Positions 61,572 through 64,000 of a DNA stretch of 64,000 nucleotides are shown here, piece after piece; position 1 is the first letter of the stretch, and the number at the start of each line of letters is the position of its first letter. A program made the translations under genes and the position numbers. The notes beneath the pieces are model-generated. The model had not been told where the DNA came from and did not search any database. It saw nothing but the letters and a program-made list of their open reading frames with translations. This DNA comes from Lytechinus pictus (Eukaryota): NCBI RefSeq assembly GCF_037042905.1, contig NC_087251.1, forward strand, positions 9,240,001 to 9,304,000. The letters run 5' to 3'.

Positions 61572-62438
61572 TTGTCGCCTTCCCACAGAAAGGCTGTTAA
61601 CGCGCACATGCGCAAAAAGTATATTTTCGAGAAAATGCAGATTATCTTTTGACCTTATTTTTGTGCTTTTAGCAGCTAGTGTATTATTTTCTGTCCTAAT
61701 TCTCATACTTTCTGAGAAAGCAAGATGTTTTCCTTCATTGATATTTTGTTTGTTTTATTCAAAACACTCTAAACGCTTTCTAATCTTAAGGAGAAATACC
61801 CCAGACTAAGGACGCGTCTATGTGCTAAAGCATGTGGGAATGTTTTTGCTTATTATGTCATTATAATGACATCACATTTAGGTTCGAGAATGGTACCAGA
61901 AGAAAGTTCATGACTTGCTTTCAGAAAGGCCGTTAACGTGCACATGCGCAAAACATATATTTTTGAGAAAACACAAATGATGTTTTGACCTTATTTTTGT
62001 GCTTTTAGCAGCTAGTGTATTATTTTCTGTCCGAATTCTCATACTTTCTGACAAAGCAAGATGTTTTTTTCATTGATATTTTGTTTTTTTAATTTAAACA
62101 CTCTAAATGCTTTCTAATCTTAAGAAGGAATACCTAACGCCCTTTTCCGGGAAGAAAAATACGCAATCCGCTGATCCAATGACCGCTAGCGCGAATCGGT
62201 CTATGCGCACACGCACGTTAAACGAGAAGCGTCTTGTTCCCTGACTAAGGACTCATCTATGTGCTAAAGCATGTGGGAATGTTCTTGCTTATTATGTCAT
62301 AATGACGTCACATTTAGGTTTGAGAATGGTACCAGAAGAAAGTTCATGATATGCTTTTTCCATTTCAGCAATAAAACAAAATTCGATTTTTTTTTGGCGC
62401 CAAAATACGTTAATGGCCTTTCTGCGGGAAGGCGACGA
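61572..62438. mobile_element. TA(TA)-flanked MITE with an internal tandem duplication
   Basis: TIRs ttgtcgccttcccacagaaaggctgttaacg / cgttaatggcctttctgcgggaaggcgacga; direct repeat 61586-61921 vs 61922-62357. Confidence 0.8.
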
Positions 62439-64000
62439 TATACAGCCTCGTTCAATGTTTATGTTCAGGAAATCCACAGAATTCTGCAAACACAATATAA
62501 CAGTGAATGTGAGCAGGTATCAATATCCATTATTTCTATGAGTGATCATAAGACCTACGTAAATTATAGAAGATAATTACTATCAATCATAATTTCCATG
62601 AACTCTCTATTTTAACAAAGTGCTTAAAAAATAAAAACTTTGTAAAGTTGCATTCTCTAAAGTGACAAGGTGTTGACTGAAATCTCTTTACAATAATTCA
62701 TACTATCTACACATTTAACAGTCCTCTTACCCTCTTAAGCATTTTATTTTGGAAGTGGCTTCTCTATCACAACTAAGACCCTGTTCACTCTTGTGAACCA
62801 GCTTTAAGAAACGGTTCAGCTTGATTGTGAATGCTCAAAGTTTTCAAGCAAATAGACAAACTTGGTCTCTGGTTACCAAACTACTTTGTCATGTAGTTTC
62901 AAGATTGCATTGCTTCATAAACTGGGGCACAAATGACTGTGAATGGCACTAATCAAGGAGAATAGCTTCACCTTGAAGAATTATTTTGTAGGAAATATCC
63001 ATGACAGAGATATGCTTTCTAATCATGAACATATGTCTGAACCCATCATGGCCTGGTAGGAAGGTGTTTATCGAGCATGCTGATGGAGTGACTGGGGATG
63101 CTAAAAAAAGCCTCATCTAACTTGTTCGCTGAATCAATTCAGTAGGAAGCAGTTCATAAAAGCAAATGTGAACAGGGTATGTCAGTTGAGACCTACACTT
63201 TGAAAAGGATTAGATGATTGGATCATGGATCCTACTTGGGTCCATGATTGGATGCAGCCCTAGATCATTCCTTGCTGAACATTGCACAATCTCATCAGCC
63301 TTTCACTGAAGACCCTTGATTAATACAGTTAAATATTCATAGGGGATTTGAGGCTGTCAAAGCAATCTTCTGAGGTTGTTAACTCAAAATGTTAGTACTA
63401 CAAGTAGGGCACATATTTAAAACCAAACCATAATACTCTTTGAAGTAAAAGCTTGTCCAAAGCTTTGAATAATGACAAAACAATCATTCCAAATGTTCCA
63501 ATCCTATTAGATGTTAAATTATACTGAACATTTTCATTCAATGGTTCTTTTTGAAAATCTGATTTTTGCTGTTATTCAGATTTAGTGGCCTCTCTCAGAA
63601 TTGTTACAATTTTTTGTCTAAATAAAGGCTTTTTGAATACTTCTTTTTTTACATTTAGGTAGAATATTTGAAAAAGCTGTATAAAATAGTAAATTTTAAA
63701 TTTTCTCCCATTCCATGCTTGAAAAAGAATAAAATTTAGATTAAACAAAACTCGATACAGGCTTTAAGGATACACAGATTAAGTTTCATGTTATCAATCC
63801 ACTTGAGATCTGCCAAAGATCATTCAATGATGTGGAAAACATTCATATTTCTGAACTGAGCATGTGTTTCTAAGAAAGGTGAGATCCAATGCTCATACTG
63901 CAGGTAAAAAAGATAAACAAATTCTCAATTATAAAAATAGACAGTCATAATACATCAACAATTTTTTTTCTTCATGATACATTAGCCACATTCCCTAATC

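Noticed and set aside
61354..61809. 151-aa ORF
   Set aside because: It crosses a MITE boundary, has no domain signature, and the duplicated unit gives no matching ORF.

Overview
AT-rich, intron-containing animal DNA. The opsin type and repeat content suggest an echinoderm such as a sea urchin; this is inference, not something the sequence proves. Two host genes could be built by hand from GT-AG sites and reading-frame continuity. (1) A 5-exon ciliary-type opsin on the minus strand (CDS 27495->22060, 484 aa; retinal-binding Lys, E181 counterion, NKQ motif, three introns at the same positions as vertebrate rhodopsin). (2) A 2-exon plus-strand gene (7023-8168 + 11508-12269, about 635 aa) encoding a Ser/Pro/Arg-rich, probably disordered protein with many PKA-type sites and no family I recognise. 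The two genes lie tail-to-tail. The rest is mostly mobile DNA: an intact single-ORF Rex1/Babar-like LINE (977 aa), a decayed near-full-length L2/CR1-group LINE, Tx1/L1 and L2 3' fragments, tRNA-derived SINEs, many MITEs, a near-perfect 208-bp tandem array and microsatellites. The most interesting observation is that both long LINEs share an N-terminal cassette upstream of the endonuclease: a signal-peptide-like hydrophobic segment, then (in one) a 2A/StopGo-like GDIHPNPGP, then a motif matching the eIF4E/4EHP-binding consensus (Y)xYxxxxL-phi, then a basic RRGxRGG tract. This could be a translational-control or dual-targeting module, but that is a hypothesis. No database searches were run, and family names come from motif recognition.
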